Origin: Heterodontus francisci
Lineage: Eukaryota
DNA length: 64,000 bases
NCBI RefSeq assembly: GCF_036365525.1
Contig: NC_090399.1
Coordinates: forward strand, 42,316,430-42,380,429
Direction: 5' to 3'
Position numbers and translations under genes: made by a program. The notes beneath the pieces were generated by a model, which worked only from the letters and a program-made list of their open reading frames with translations, ran no database searches and was not told where the DNA came from. Positions 36,358-47,300 of this stretch are shown here, piece by piece (the stretch's first letter is position 1; each line of letters starts with the position of its first letter).

Positions 36358-39300
36358 GAGTTGGTGCAGGAGGGAGGGTTTTAGATTCCTGGACCACTGG
36401 GACCTGTACAAGCGGGACGGTCTGCATCTGAACCAGAGGGGGACTAACATCCTTGCTGGAAGGTTTGCTGGTGCTGTTGGGAGGAGTTTAAACTAATTTG
36501 GCAGGGGGAGGTGACGCAGACTCCTAGCAGAATAGGGACACAGCTAAACACAGGAAAGCAAGCAAGTCAGAGGGAATACAGCGGAAGTAAGTTTCAAGGG
36601 AGTAAGACCAGGATGGATGGCCTCTACTTTAATGCCAGGAGTATTACAGGTAAAGCGGATGAGTTAAGGGCAAGGATTGACACGTGGAATTGTGATATAG
36701 TAGCCATCACGGAGACATGGCAGAGGGAGGGGCAGGATTGGCAGCTCAATATCCTGGGATATACAATCTTCAGGCGAGACAGAGGAAGGGGTAAAAGAGG
36801 GGAGGGCATTGCAATATTAGTTAAGGAGTCAGTTACTGCAGGAAGGAGAGATGATATCTTGGAGGGGGCATCAAATGAAGCTTTATGGGTAGAGTTTAGG
36901 AATAAAAAAGGGACAGCCACATTGCTAGGTGTTTATTATAGACCCTCAGATAGTCAGCAGGAAATTGAAGAGCAAATATGTGCAAAATTCGCAGAGGTGT
37001 GTAAAAATAATAATTCTTTGGCCTCCTTATCTCGAGAGACAATGGATACGCGCCTGGAGGTGGTCAGTGGTTTGTGAAGCAGCGCCTGGAGTGGCTATAA
37101 AGGCCAATTCTAGAGTGACAGGCTCTTCCACAGGGGCTGCAGAGAAATTTGTTTGTCTGGGCTGTTGCGCAGTTGGCTCTTCCCTTGCGCCTCTGTCTTT
37201 TTTCCTGCCAACTACTAAGTCTCTTCGACTCGCCACATTTTAGCCCCGTCTTTATGGCTGCCCACAGAGGTGTGTAAAAATAATAATAGGGTAATTATAT
37301 TAGATGATTTCAACTTTCCCAACATTAATTGGGATAGTCATCGTGTTAAGGGCTTAGATGGACTGGAGTTCTTAAAATGTATACAGGAGAACTTTTTAGC
37401 TCAATATGTAGAGGGTCCAACAAGAGAAGGTGCAGTGCTGGAGCTAATTCTTGGGAATGAAGCCGTACAGGTGGTTGATGTGTTGGTGGGGGTGCATTTT
37501 GGTGATAGCGACCACAACATGGTAAAATTTAAGCTTGTTATGGAGAAAGAAATAGACAAGTTGCAAAAAAAGGTTTTGGATTGGGGGAGAACGAATTTTA
37601 GTATAATAAGGCAGGATCTGGCCAAGGTAGACTGGAAAGAGTTACTTGTCGGGAAATCTGCAGAAGAACAGTGGGGTGCATTCGAAAAGGAAATGGGGAG
37701 GGTACAGGCCCAACATGTTCCCTCTAGGGTAATAGGTAGGAGCAACAAGCCCAGAGAACCATGGATGACCAGAAACATTCAGGGTACGATGAGAAGGAAA
37801 AGAGAGGCTTTTAGCAAATACAAGGAGAGCAAATCAACGGAAGCATCAGTGGAGTACAGAAAGTGTAGGATGGAGCTTAAGAAAGCAATTAGGAGAGCAA
37901 AGAGGGGATATGAGAAAGCTCTGGCTGGTAAAAGCAGGGAAAATCCCAAGATATTTTATAAGCATATCAATGGAAAGAGGATAACCAGGGAAAGAGTAGG
38001 ACCCATTAGGGACCAATGGGGAAATCTGTGGGTGGAGCCAGAGGACATTGGTAGGGTGTTGAATGAATACTTCACATCTGTCTTCACCCAAGAGAATGAG
38101 GATGTAAATATGGAACTCAGAGACTGTGAGGTTCTTGAGCAAATTGTCATAGGGAGTGACAAAGTATTGGAGGTTTTGGCAGGCTTAAAAGTGGACAAAT
38201 CTCCAGGTCCAGACGATTTGTGTCCCAGGATGCTGTGGGAGGCGAGGGTGGAGATTGCAGGGGCTCTGACCCTAATTTTTAATTCCTCTTTGGCCACGGG
38301 GGAAGTGCCAAAGGACTGGAGAACAGCTAAAGTGGTCCCACTATTTAAGAAAGGTTGTAGAGATAAGCCAGGGAACTACAGACCAGTGAGTCTCATGTCA
38401 GTGGTAGGGAAACTATTGGAGAAAATTCTGAAGGAGAGAATCTATCTCCACTTGGAGAGCCAAAATTTGATTAGGAATAGTTAACATGGCTTTGTCAGAG
38501 GGAGGTCATGCCTAACAAATTTGATTGAATTTTTTGAGCATGTGACCAGGTGTGTCGATGAGGGTAGTGCAGTTGATGTAATTTACCTGGATTTCAGCAA
38601 AGCCTTTGACAAGGTCCCACATGGGAGACTTATCAAGAAAGCAAATGCACATGGGATACAGGGTAACTTGATGAGGTGGATTCAAAATTGGCTTAGCGTA
38701 GGAGACAGAGAGTGATGACAGACGGCTGTTTTAGTGACTGGAAGCCAGTGTCCAGTGGCGTACCACAGGGATCTGTGCTGGGTCCCCTATTGTTTGTCAT
38801 TTATATAAACGACATAGATGACTATGTGGGGGGCAGGATCAGTAAGTTCACGGATGACACAAAGATTGGCCGAGTGGTTAACAGTGAGGTTGAGTGTCTT
38901 GGGTTACAGGAAGATATAGACGAGATGGTCAAGTGGGCAGAAAAGTGACAGATGGAATTTAACCCTGAAAAGTGTGAGGTGATACACTTTGGAAGGAGTA
39001 ATGTGACACGGAAGTATTCAATGAATGGCCTGACACTGGGAAGTTCCAAGGAACAAAGGGAACTTGCCGTGTTTGTCTATAGATCTCTGAAGGCAGAAGG
39101 GCAGGTTAATAGGGTGGTGAAAAAGGCATATGGGACACTTGCCTTTATCAATCGAGGCATAGATTACAAAAGCAGAGAGGTCATGTTGGAGTTGTATAGA
39201 ACTTTGGTAAGGCCACAGCTGGAGTACTGTGTGCAATTCTGGTCGCCACATTATTGGAAGGTTGTGATTGCACTGGAGGGGTTCAGAGGAAATTCAGCAG

Positions 39301-39760
39301 GATGTTGCCTGGGATGGAACATTTAAGCTATGAAGAGAGGTTGGATAGGCTTGGGTTGTTCTCGCTGGAGCAGAGAAGACTGAGGGGTGACCTGATTGAG
39401 TTGTACAAGATTATGAGGGGCATGGACAGGGTGGATAGGGAGCAGCTGTTCTCTACTTGAAGGATCAGTTACGAGGGGACACAAGGTTAAGGTGAGGGGC
39501 AGGAGGTTTAAGGGGGATTTGAGGAAGAACTTTTTTGACAGTCTGGAATGCACTGCCTGGGAGGGTAGTAGAGGCTGGTTGCCTCACATCCTTTAAAAAG
39601 TACCTGGATGAGCACTTGGCATGTCATAACATTCAAGGCTATGGGCCAAGTACTGGCAAATGGGATTAGGTAGACAGAGAGGTATCTTTAATGCATCGGT
39701 GCAGACTCGATGGGCCGAAGGGCCTCTTCTGCACTGTATTATTCTGTGATTCTGTGATTA
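36358..39760 (+). mobile_element. CR1 LINE, near-complete ORF2 with the end of ORF1; several stops and frameshifts
   Basis: YFNARSI, AITETW, LDLILGN-type, KSPGPD, YLDFSKAFDKVPH, KFTDDTK; tail GGGCCGAAGGGCCTCTTCTGCACTGTA(TTCTGTGA)2. Confidence 0.95.
37015..37264 (-). mobile_element. 5'-truncated RTE-type LINE 3' end inserted in the CR1
   Basis: 23-bp TSD CAGAGGTGTGTAAAAATAATAAT (36992-37014 / 37265-37287); minus-strand translation ...FLCSPCGRACHSRIGLYSHSRRC, the RTE C-terminal zinc finger. Confidence 0.85.
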
Positions 39761-40391
39761 TTTGAATATGCAGATTAAAATCACCCATGACAATTGCTGT
39801 GCCCTTCTTACATGCTTCCATTATTTCCCAATTTATACTTTGTCCTAAAATGAGGCAACTCTTCAGGGGGCCTACAGACGACTCCAACCCATGACTTCTT
39901 CCTCTTGCTATTCCTTATTCCCACCCAAACTTATTCCACATCACAATCTATTGCACCTATATCACTACTCACCACCGCACTGAAACCTTCCTTTATTAAC
40001 AAAGCTACCCTACCTCCTTTTCCTTTTTACCTATTTTTCCGGAACGTCGAATACCCTTGAATATTGAGTTCCCAGTCTTTATCAGCCTGCAACCACGTCT
40101 CTGTAATTGCTATCAAGTCATATTCATTTATTTCTATTCATGCCATCAACTCATCTATCTTGTTACAAATGCTGTGTGATTTCAGATAAAGAGCCTTAAG
40201 CTTTGACTTTTTACCATTATTACTCATTCTGGTTCTAATTTCTGCTGCACTCTTCTGCTTATAATTTCTTCCCCTTCCTGTCACACTTTGATTACCATTC
40301 ACCTCTTCATTATCCTGCACCTCTGCTCTCTCGTTTCTTTTTGATTTTTTAAACGTCCCTTCAATTGAACCCTCCCCCCAACTAATTAGTT

Positions 40392-41596
40392 TATTCACTG
40401 ACCGAGGGTTAATGCCCCAGTACCCAGTCTGGCACTGCCCCTCTCACACCCCATCACTCACTGACTGAGGGTTAATGCCCCAGTACCCAGTCTGGCACTG
40501 TCCCTCTCACAACCCATTCCTCACTGACCGAGGGTTAATGCCCCAATACCCAGTCTGGCACTGTCCCTCTCACAACCCATTACTCACTGACTGAGGGTTA
40601 ATGCCCCAAGTACCCAGCTTGGCACTGTCCCTCTCACACCCCATTACTCACTGACTGAGGGTTAATGCCCCAGTCCCCAGTCTGGCACTGTCCCTCTCAC
40701 AACCCATTCCTCACTGACCGAGGGTTAATGCCCCAATCCCCAGTCTGGCACTGTCCCTCTCACAACCCATTACTCACTGACTGAGGGTTAATGCCCCAAT
40801 ACCCAGTCTGGCACTGTCCCTCTCACACCCCATTACTCACTGACTGAGGGTTAATGCCCCAGTACCCAGTCTGGCACTATCCCTGTCACAACCCATTACT
40901 CACTGACTGAGGGTTAATGCCCCAGTACCCAGTCTGGCACTGTCCCTGTCACAACCCATTACTCACTGACTGAGGGTTAATGCCCCAGTACCCAGTCTGG
41001 CACTGTCCCTCTCACACCCCATCACTCACTGACTGAGGGTTAATGCCCCAATACCCAGTCTGGCACTGTCCCTCTCACACCCCATTACTCACTGACTGAG
41101 GGTTAATGCCCCAGTACCCAGTCTGGCACTGTCCCTCTCACAACCCATTCCTCACTGACCGAGGGTTAATGCCCCAGTACCCAGTCTGGCACTATCCCTG
41201 TCACAACCCATTACTCACTGACTGAGGGTTAATGCCCCAGTACCCAGTCTGGCACTATCCCTGTCACAACCCATTTCTCACTGACTGAGGGTTAATGCCC
41301 CAGTACCCAGTCTGGCACTGTCCCTCTCACACCCCATTACTCACTGACTGAGGGTTAATGCCCCAATACCCAGTCTGGCACTGCCCCTCTCACACCCCAT
41401 TACTCACTGACTGAGGGTTAATGCCCCAATACCCAGTCTGGCACTGTCCCTCTCAAACCCCATTACTCACTGACTGAGGGTTAATGCCCCAGTACCCAGC
41501 CTGGCACTGTCCCTCTCACACCCCATTACTCACTGACTGAGGGTTAATGCCCCAGTACCCAGTCTGGCACTGCCCCTCTCACATCCCATTACTCAC
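40392..41596. repeat. 63-bp minisatellite, segment 3 (~19 units), abutting the exon-1 splice donor
   Basis: Highly homogeneous tandem units; the last unit merges into ACTCAC|CTGCAG. Confidence 0.95.
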
Positions 41597-41645
41597 CTGC
41601 AGAGACCCCTCCACACAGAAGGACCAGCACTATCAGTCCAATCAT
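41597..41645 (-). CDS. MHC class I leader (signal peptide) exon: MIGLIVLVLLCGGVSA
   Basis: ATG in ACAATGA context, hydrophobic core, VSA|G cleavage site; donor GCAG|gtgagt is phase 1 and joins in frame to GSHSLRYF. Confidence 0.88.
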
Positions 41646-41679
41646 TGTTGCTTCTCTCGACAGGCTGCAAAGAACAATT

Positions 41680-41880
41680 TGTGGGAAATCCTTTCCAAAA
41701 GACTGTTGCTTCTCAGTCTGTGAGCTGTGCCCTGTATTGATGGTGATAAACTCTGTTGCGGATAAATCAGACTGCTCCAGACTGATTGGACAGTAACTTA
41801 TTGTCAAGCCAATCAAATTTAAAACAAACTATGAATCATCAGGCTCCAAGCAGAATAGTTCCAGACAGATTGACTCAGGA
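41680..41880 (-). promoter_or_regulatory. MHC class I proximal promoter: X2-like box, Y box (inverted CCAAT), CCAAT box, AP-1 site, kB-like site
   Basis: On the minus strand, TGATTCA (41832-41838) lies 18 nt upstream of ATTGG (41809-41813), then CCAAT (41785-41789). Also TGACTCA at 41871-41877 and GGGAAATCCT at 41683-41692. Confidence 0.6.
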
Positions 41881-41974
41881 GCCCCAACAAAATAACAAAC
41901 ATGACCGCATTTGTTGACAACGCGAACGGTAGGTGGCGCTGTTTTGGCACATGCGCAAATACAGCATGTATATA

Positions 41975-42440
41975 CAGGGAAGGAGAGAAGGGGAGGAAGG
42001 AAAGGGGGAGGGAGGAAGGAAAGGGGGAGGAGGGAAGGAAAGAGGGGGAGGGAGGAGGAAAGAGGGAGTGGGGGAGGGAGGAAAGAGTAGTGGGGGAGGG
42101 AGGAAAGAGGGAGTGGGGAAGGAAAGAGGGGGAGGGGGAAAAGGAAAGAGGGGGAGGGGGAGGGGGAAGGAAAGAGGGGGGTGAGGAAAGAGGGGGAGGG
42201 AGGAGGAAAGAGGGAGCGGTGGGGGAGGGAGGAAAGAGGGAGTGGGGGAGGGAGAAAAGAGAGGAAGGAGAAGAGGGAGGGGGGAAGGAAAGAGGGGGAG
42301 GGGGAAAAGGAAAGAGGGGGAGGGGGAAGGAAAAAGGGGGGTGAGGAAAGAGGGAGTGGAGGGGGAAAGAGGGAGAGGGCGGAGCGTGGGGGGAGAGGGA
42401 GGGAGGGGAGAGTGGGGGGGGAGCAGCGGAGTGGAAGAGG
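41975..42440 (+). repeat. Polypurine (GA-rich) low-complexity tract
   Basis: GGAAAGAGGGGGAGGG-type units. Confidence 0.9.
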
Positions 42441-42682
42441 AGTGCCTTTTTCTGTGCATGCGCCAGAAACACAACAGCAAAAGACTTACTGGCCAGTCCC
42501 TGGACCCGGCGACACCAATGTCTTCGCACGCTCGCTCCCCGCAGCTCTCTGCGGTCTCTCGCTTCCGGCCCTCTCCATTCAGCCGTTCCCTCCAGCTGCG
42601 GATGCCCAATCCAGTTGCTTCTCCCCTATTTCTCCACTGTACTTCAGGCATTGCAACTGTCTGGTCCCTGCATTTTGCATGC

Positions 42683-43040
42683 TCCCTCTCCCCTCCCCTC
42701 CCCCCTCTCCATCTTCACCTCCCCCTCTTCACCCACCCCTCCCTCCCCCTCTTCACCCACCCCTCCTCTACCCCGCTACCTCCACCCCTCCCTCTACCCC
42801 TCCCTCTACCCCCCTACCTCCACCCCTCCCTCGACCCCCCTACCTCCACCCCTCCCTCTACCCCCCTACCTCCACCCCTCCCTCTACCCCCCTACCTCCA
42901 CCCCTCCCTCTACCCCCCTACCTCCACCCCTCCCTCTACCCTGCTACCTCCACCCCTCCCTCTACCCCCCTACCTCCACCCCTCCCTCTACCCCCCGACC
43001 TCCACCCCTCCCTCTACCCTCCTACCTCCACCCCTCCACC
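42683..43040 (+). repeat. C-rich 27-bp minisatellite (CCCTCCCTCTACCCCCCTACCTCCACC)
   Basis: Direct tandem repeats. Confidence 0.85.
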
Positions 43041-43434
43041 ACAGTTGAATATCTGAAGTGCAGTTGCAAAGTCGGGGAAATAGCATGCAAAACAAAACCT
43101 CAACAATTCTGGGGTTAATTATTGAAAAGTTTTATTAAGTTCATTAAGTATCCGAGGAACTGCTGTGCATGGATACATGAGTGTTGTGTCCAGCATTCCC
43201 GTTAGACAGACAGGCCGAGTCTCTGCTATGCACAGCTAAAGAGATTGTTCTTGGAGAGCCTTGTGGTGAATAAATGCTTGGCTCTCTATTCCACTACTGT
43301 ATTGTCCATGTGTAGAAGGCAAAGTCACAAGAGTCTGAGCTCAGTCTATTCTTGGTGAATGTTCCCCAAGCGCATCCCAATGTGCATTCCCAATTCATCC
43401 ATAAATGCAATGTTCCTTTCCACATCGTGACGAG

Positions 43435-43910
43435 CTCTGCTGCATGATCCAGTTGTCTTCGTTGCTTGAATGCTGACCTTAAGTCTCAAGGATTGTTTTC
43501 TCGACGGCATGTTTTACATGAAAAGAAATAAAGCAAATCAGAGTCAGAGCTTGCCTCCCTCCATCCACTGAAATTACTGTTGTGCACACCTTTTTAAGTT
43601 CTGCAGTGAAGGCACCAATTGATAACGTCGCCAATGAAGCACTTATTACCCACCTCAGCTGCAGGAATCAGCACATCCTTGCGTCCTCTCCTGCACTGCC
43701 TCCTTTGCTTGAATGTCGTCCTTAAGTGTCAAGAATTGTTTTCTCAAGGGCACGTTTCACATGAAAGAAAATAAGGAAAGAACATCAGTGTCAGAGCTTC
43801 CCTCCCTCCAATGAAATTACTGTTGAGCATGCTCTGTGTTCTGCGGTGAAGGCATGTACTGATAACACCGCCAATGAATCACTTAGTACCCACCTCAGCT
43901 GTAGGAGGCA
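43435..43910. repeat. Diverged ~250-bp tandem duplication
   Basis: TTGCTTGAATG..CCTTAAGT..CAAG..ATTGTTTTCTC...ACCCACCTCAGCTG occurs twice (~43440 and ~43690). Confidence 0.75.
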
Positions 43911-44399
43911 GGATGATGTAACTGCCCCTATCTCGTGATGGTTCAATGCTGCTCTCAGGGAAAACATGAATGATGTGAGGGTGCTGGAAAAAGAAGCACA
44001 TTTCTTTTGGACTATGAACATAAAGCAGGCCATTTAGCCCAGCTGTTCCCTGCTAGTGGTTATGTTACTCATGCGTCTTCCCATCCATTCCCATTTAATC
44101 CTGCCTACTACTATCAGCATCATCTTCCATTTCTTTCACTCTTATCTACCTTTGCCTTAAAGCAACACTGAGGATGGAGAATGGTGTGGCTGCACTCCCA
44201 CCTCACCAGTTGTGTACGCAGCAAGAGCATTCACATTTGTGCTACCACTGGACACGACATGCTTGTTTCTTTTAGTGCTCAGTCCCTTCTTGCTGAATGT
44301 TCCAGAACTGCTTGAACCCTTTGGATGCCCTCTCTGCTTGACAGGCAGCAGCTGGCAATTGCGGAGCCTCACAAGGCTCTGCATGGTTGTTTCAAAGGC

Positions 44400-47300
44400 A
44401 GATGGGGAAACAGGTGGCTGTGTGTCCATGTGCACTGCTCTGATGGGTGCACGAACAGGTGGCACTGTGTCCCTGTGCACTGCTCGGATGGGTGCAGGAA
44501 CAGGTGGCTGTGTGTCCATGTGCACTGCTCGGATGGGTGCAGGAACAGGTGGCTGTGTGTCCATGTGCACTGCTCTGATGGGTGCAGGAACAGGTGGCTG
44601 CGTGTCCACGTGCACTGCTCTCATGGGTGAAGGAACAGGTGATTGTGTGTCCATGTGCACTGCTCTGATGGGTGCAGGAACAGGTGGCTGTGTGTCCATG
44701 TGCACTGCTCTGATGGGTGCAGGAACAGGTGGCTGTGTGTCCATGTGCACTGCTCGGATGGGTGCAGGAACAGGTGGCTGTGTGTCCATGTGCACTGCTC
44801 TGATGGGTGCAGGAACAGGTGATTGTGTGTCCATGTGCACTGCTCTGATGGGTGCAGGAACAGGTGGCTGTGTGTCCATGTGCACTGCTCTGATGGGTGC
44901 AGGAACAGGTGATTGTGTGTCCATGTGCACTGCTCGGATGGGTGCAGGAACAGGTGATTGTGTGTCCATGTGCACTGCTCTGATGGTTGCAGGAACAGGT
45001 GGCAGTATGTCCATGTGCACAGCTCTGATGGTTGCAGGAACAGGTGACACTGTGTCCATGTGCACTGCACGGATGGGTGCAGGAACAGGTGGCTGCGTGT
45101 GAACGTGCACAGCTCTGATGCGTGCAGGAACAGGTGGCTGTGTGTCCATGTGCACTGCTCTGATGGGTGCAGGAACAGGTGGCACTGTGTCAATGTGCAC
45201 TGCTCTGATGGGTGCAGGAACAGGTGGCTGCGTGTGAACGTGCACAGCTCTGATGGGTGCAGGAACAGGTGGCTGTGTGTCCATGTGCACTGCTCTGATG
45301 GGTGCAGGAACAGTTGACTGTGTGTCCATGTGCACTGCTCTGATGGGTGCAGGAACAGTTGACTGTGTGTCCATGTGCACTGCTCTGATGGGTGCAGGAA
45401 CAGGTGGCTGTGTGTCAATGTGCACTGCTCTCATGGGTGCAGGAACAGGTGGCTGTGTGTCCATGTGCACTGCTCTGATGGGTGCAGGAACAGTTGACTG
45501 TGTGTCCATGTGCACTGCTCTGATGGGTGCAGGAACAGTTGACTGTGTGTCCATGTGCACTGCTCTGATGGGTGCAGGAACAGGTGACTGTGTGTCCATG
45601 TGCACTGCTCTGATGGGTGCAGGAACAGTTGACTGTGTGTCCATGTGCACTGCTCTGATGGGTGCAGGAACAGATGGCTGAGTGTCCACGTGCACTGCTC
45701 TGATGGGTGCAGGAACAGATGGCTGAGTGTCCACGTGCAATGCTCATTTGGGTGCAGGAACAGGTGACTGTGTGTCCATGTGCATTGCTCTCATGGGTGC
45801 AGGAACAGGAGACTGTGTGTCCATGTGCACTGCTCTGATGGGTGCAGGAACAGTTGACTGTGTGTCCATGTGCACTGCTCTGATGGGTGCAGGAACAGAT
45901 GGCTGAGTGTCCATGTGCACTGCTCTGATGGGTGCAGGAACAGTTGACTGTGTGTCCATGTGCACTGCTCTGATGGGTGCAGGAACAGGTGACTGTGTGT
46001 CCATGTGCACTGCTCTGATGGGTGCAGGAACAGTTGACTGTGTGCCCATGTGCACTGCTCTGATGGGTGCAGGAACAGATGGCTGAGTGTCCACGTGCAC
46101 TGCTCTGATGGGTGCAGGAACAGATGGCTGAGTGTCCACGTGCAATGCTCATTTGGGTGCAGGAACAGGTGGCTGTGTGTCCATGTGCAATGCTCTGATG
46201 GGTGCAGGAACAGGTGGCAGTGTGTCCATGTGCATTGCTCTCATGGGTGCAGGAACAGGAGACTGTGTGTCCATGTGCATTGCTCTCATGGGTGCAGGAA
46301 CAGGTGACTGTGTGTCCATGTGCAATGCTCTGATGGGTGCAGGAACAGGTGGCTGTGTGTCCATGTGCAATGCTCATTTGGGTGCAGGAACAGGTGACTG
46401 TGTGTCCATGTGCATTGCTCTCATGGGTGCAGGAACAGGTGACTGTGTGTCCATGTGCACTGCTCTGATGGGTGCAGGAACAGGTGACTGTGTGTCCATG
46501 TGCACTGCTCTGATGGGTGCAGGAACAGGTGGCTGTGTGTCCATGTGCAATGCTCATTTGGGTGCAGGAACAGGTGACTGTGTGTCCATGTGCACTGCTC
46601 TGATGGGTGCAGGAACAGGTGACTGTGTGTCCATGTGCACTGCTCTGATGGGTGCAGGAACAGGTGACTGTGTGTCCATGTGCACTGCTCTGATGGGTGC
46701 AGGAACAGGTGGCAGTGTGTCCATGTGCACTGCTCGGATGGGTGCAGGAACAGGTGGCTGTGTGTCCATGTGCACTGCTCTGATGGGTGCAGGAACAGGT
46801 GGCAGTGTGTCCATGTGCACTGCTCGGATGGGTGCAGGAACAGGTGGCACTGTGTCCATGTGCACTGCTCTGATGGGTGCAGGAACAGGTGGCTGTGTGT
46901 CCATGTGCACTGCTCTGATGGGTGCAGGAACATGTGGCTGTGTGTCCATGTGCACTGCTCTGATGGTTGCAGGAACAGGTGGCACTGTGTCCACGTACAC
47001 TGCTCGGATGGGTGCAGGAACAGGTGGCTGTGTGTCCATGTGCACTGCTCTGATGGTTGCAGGAACAGGTGGCACTGTGTCCATGTGCACTGCTCTGATG
47101 GGTGCAGGAACAGGTGGCAGTGTGTCCATGTGCACTGCTCTGATGGTTGCAGGAACAGGTGGCACTGTGTCCATGTGCACTGCTCTGATGGGTGCAGGAA
47201 CAGGTGGCTGTGTGTCCATGTGCACTGCTCTGATGGTTGCAGGAACAGGTGGCACTGTGTCCATGTGCACTGCTCGGATGGGTGCAGGAACAGGTGGCTG

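Larger units (their letters stand above)
30737..40390 (-). mobile_element. Old CR1 LINE in three pieces (30737-32640, 35840-36354, 39765-40390), host to later insertions
   Basis: CR1 tail at 30737; RT motifs (YLDFQKAFDKVSH, NYRPVSLTS); endonuclease motifs (ILDLVMCNE, VMGDFNLH, KLKALYL). Host sequence reads continuously once the inserts are removed. Confidence 0.85.

Noticed and set aside
27393-39760. Intact, active LINE copies
   Set aside because: Every copy has stops, frameshifts, deletions or nested insertions.
18397-41645. Assigning the classical symbol UAA or another lineage name
   Set aside because: Anchor-residue loss argues against classical status, and lineage cannot be set without a phylogeny.
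41646-41816. N-terminal extension of the leader ORF (75-aa ORF from a TTG start)
   Set aside because: Non-ATG start overlapping the Y/CCAAT promoter boxes; the ATG at 41645 gives a normal 16-aa signal peptide.
41819-43118. Pro/Ser- and Gly/Glu-rich ORFs upstream of the promoter
   Set aside because: These are translations of low-complexity purine and pyrimidine tracts with no domain or splice evidence.
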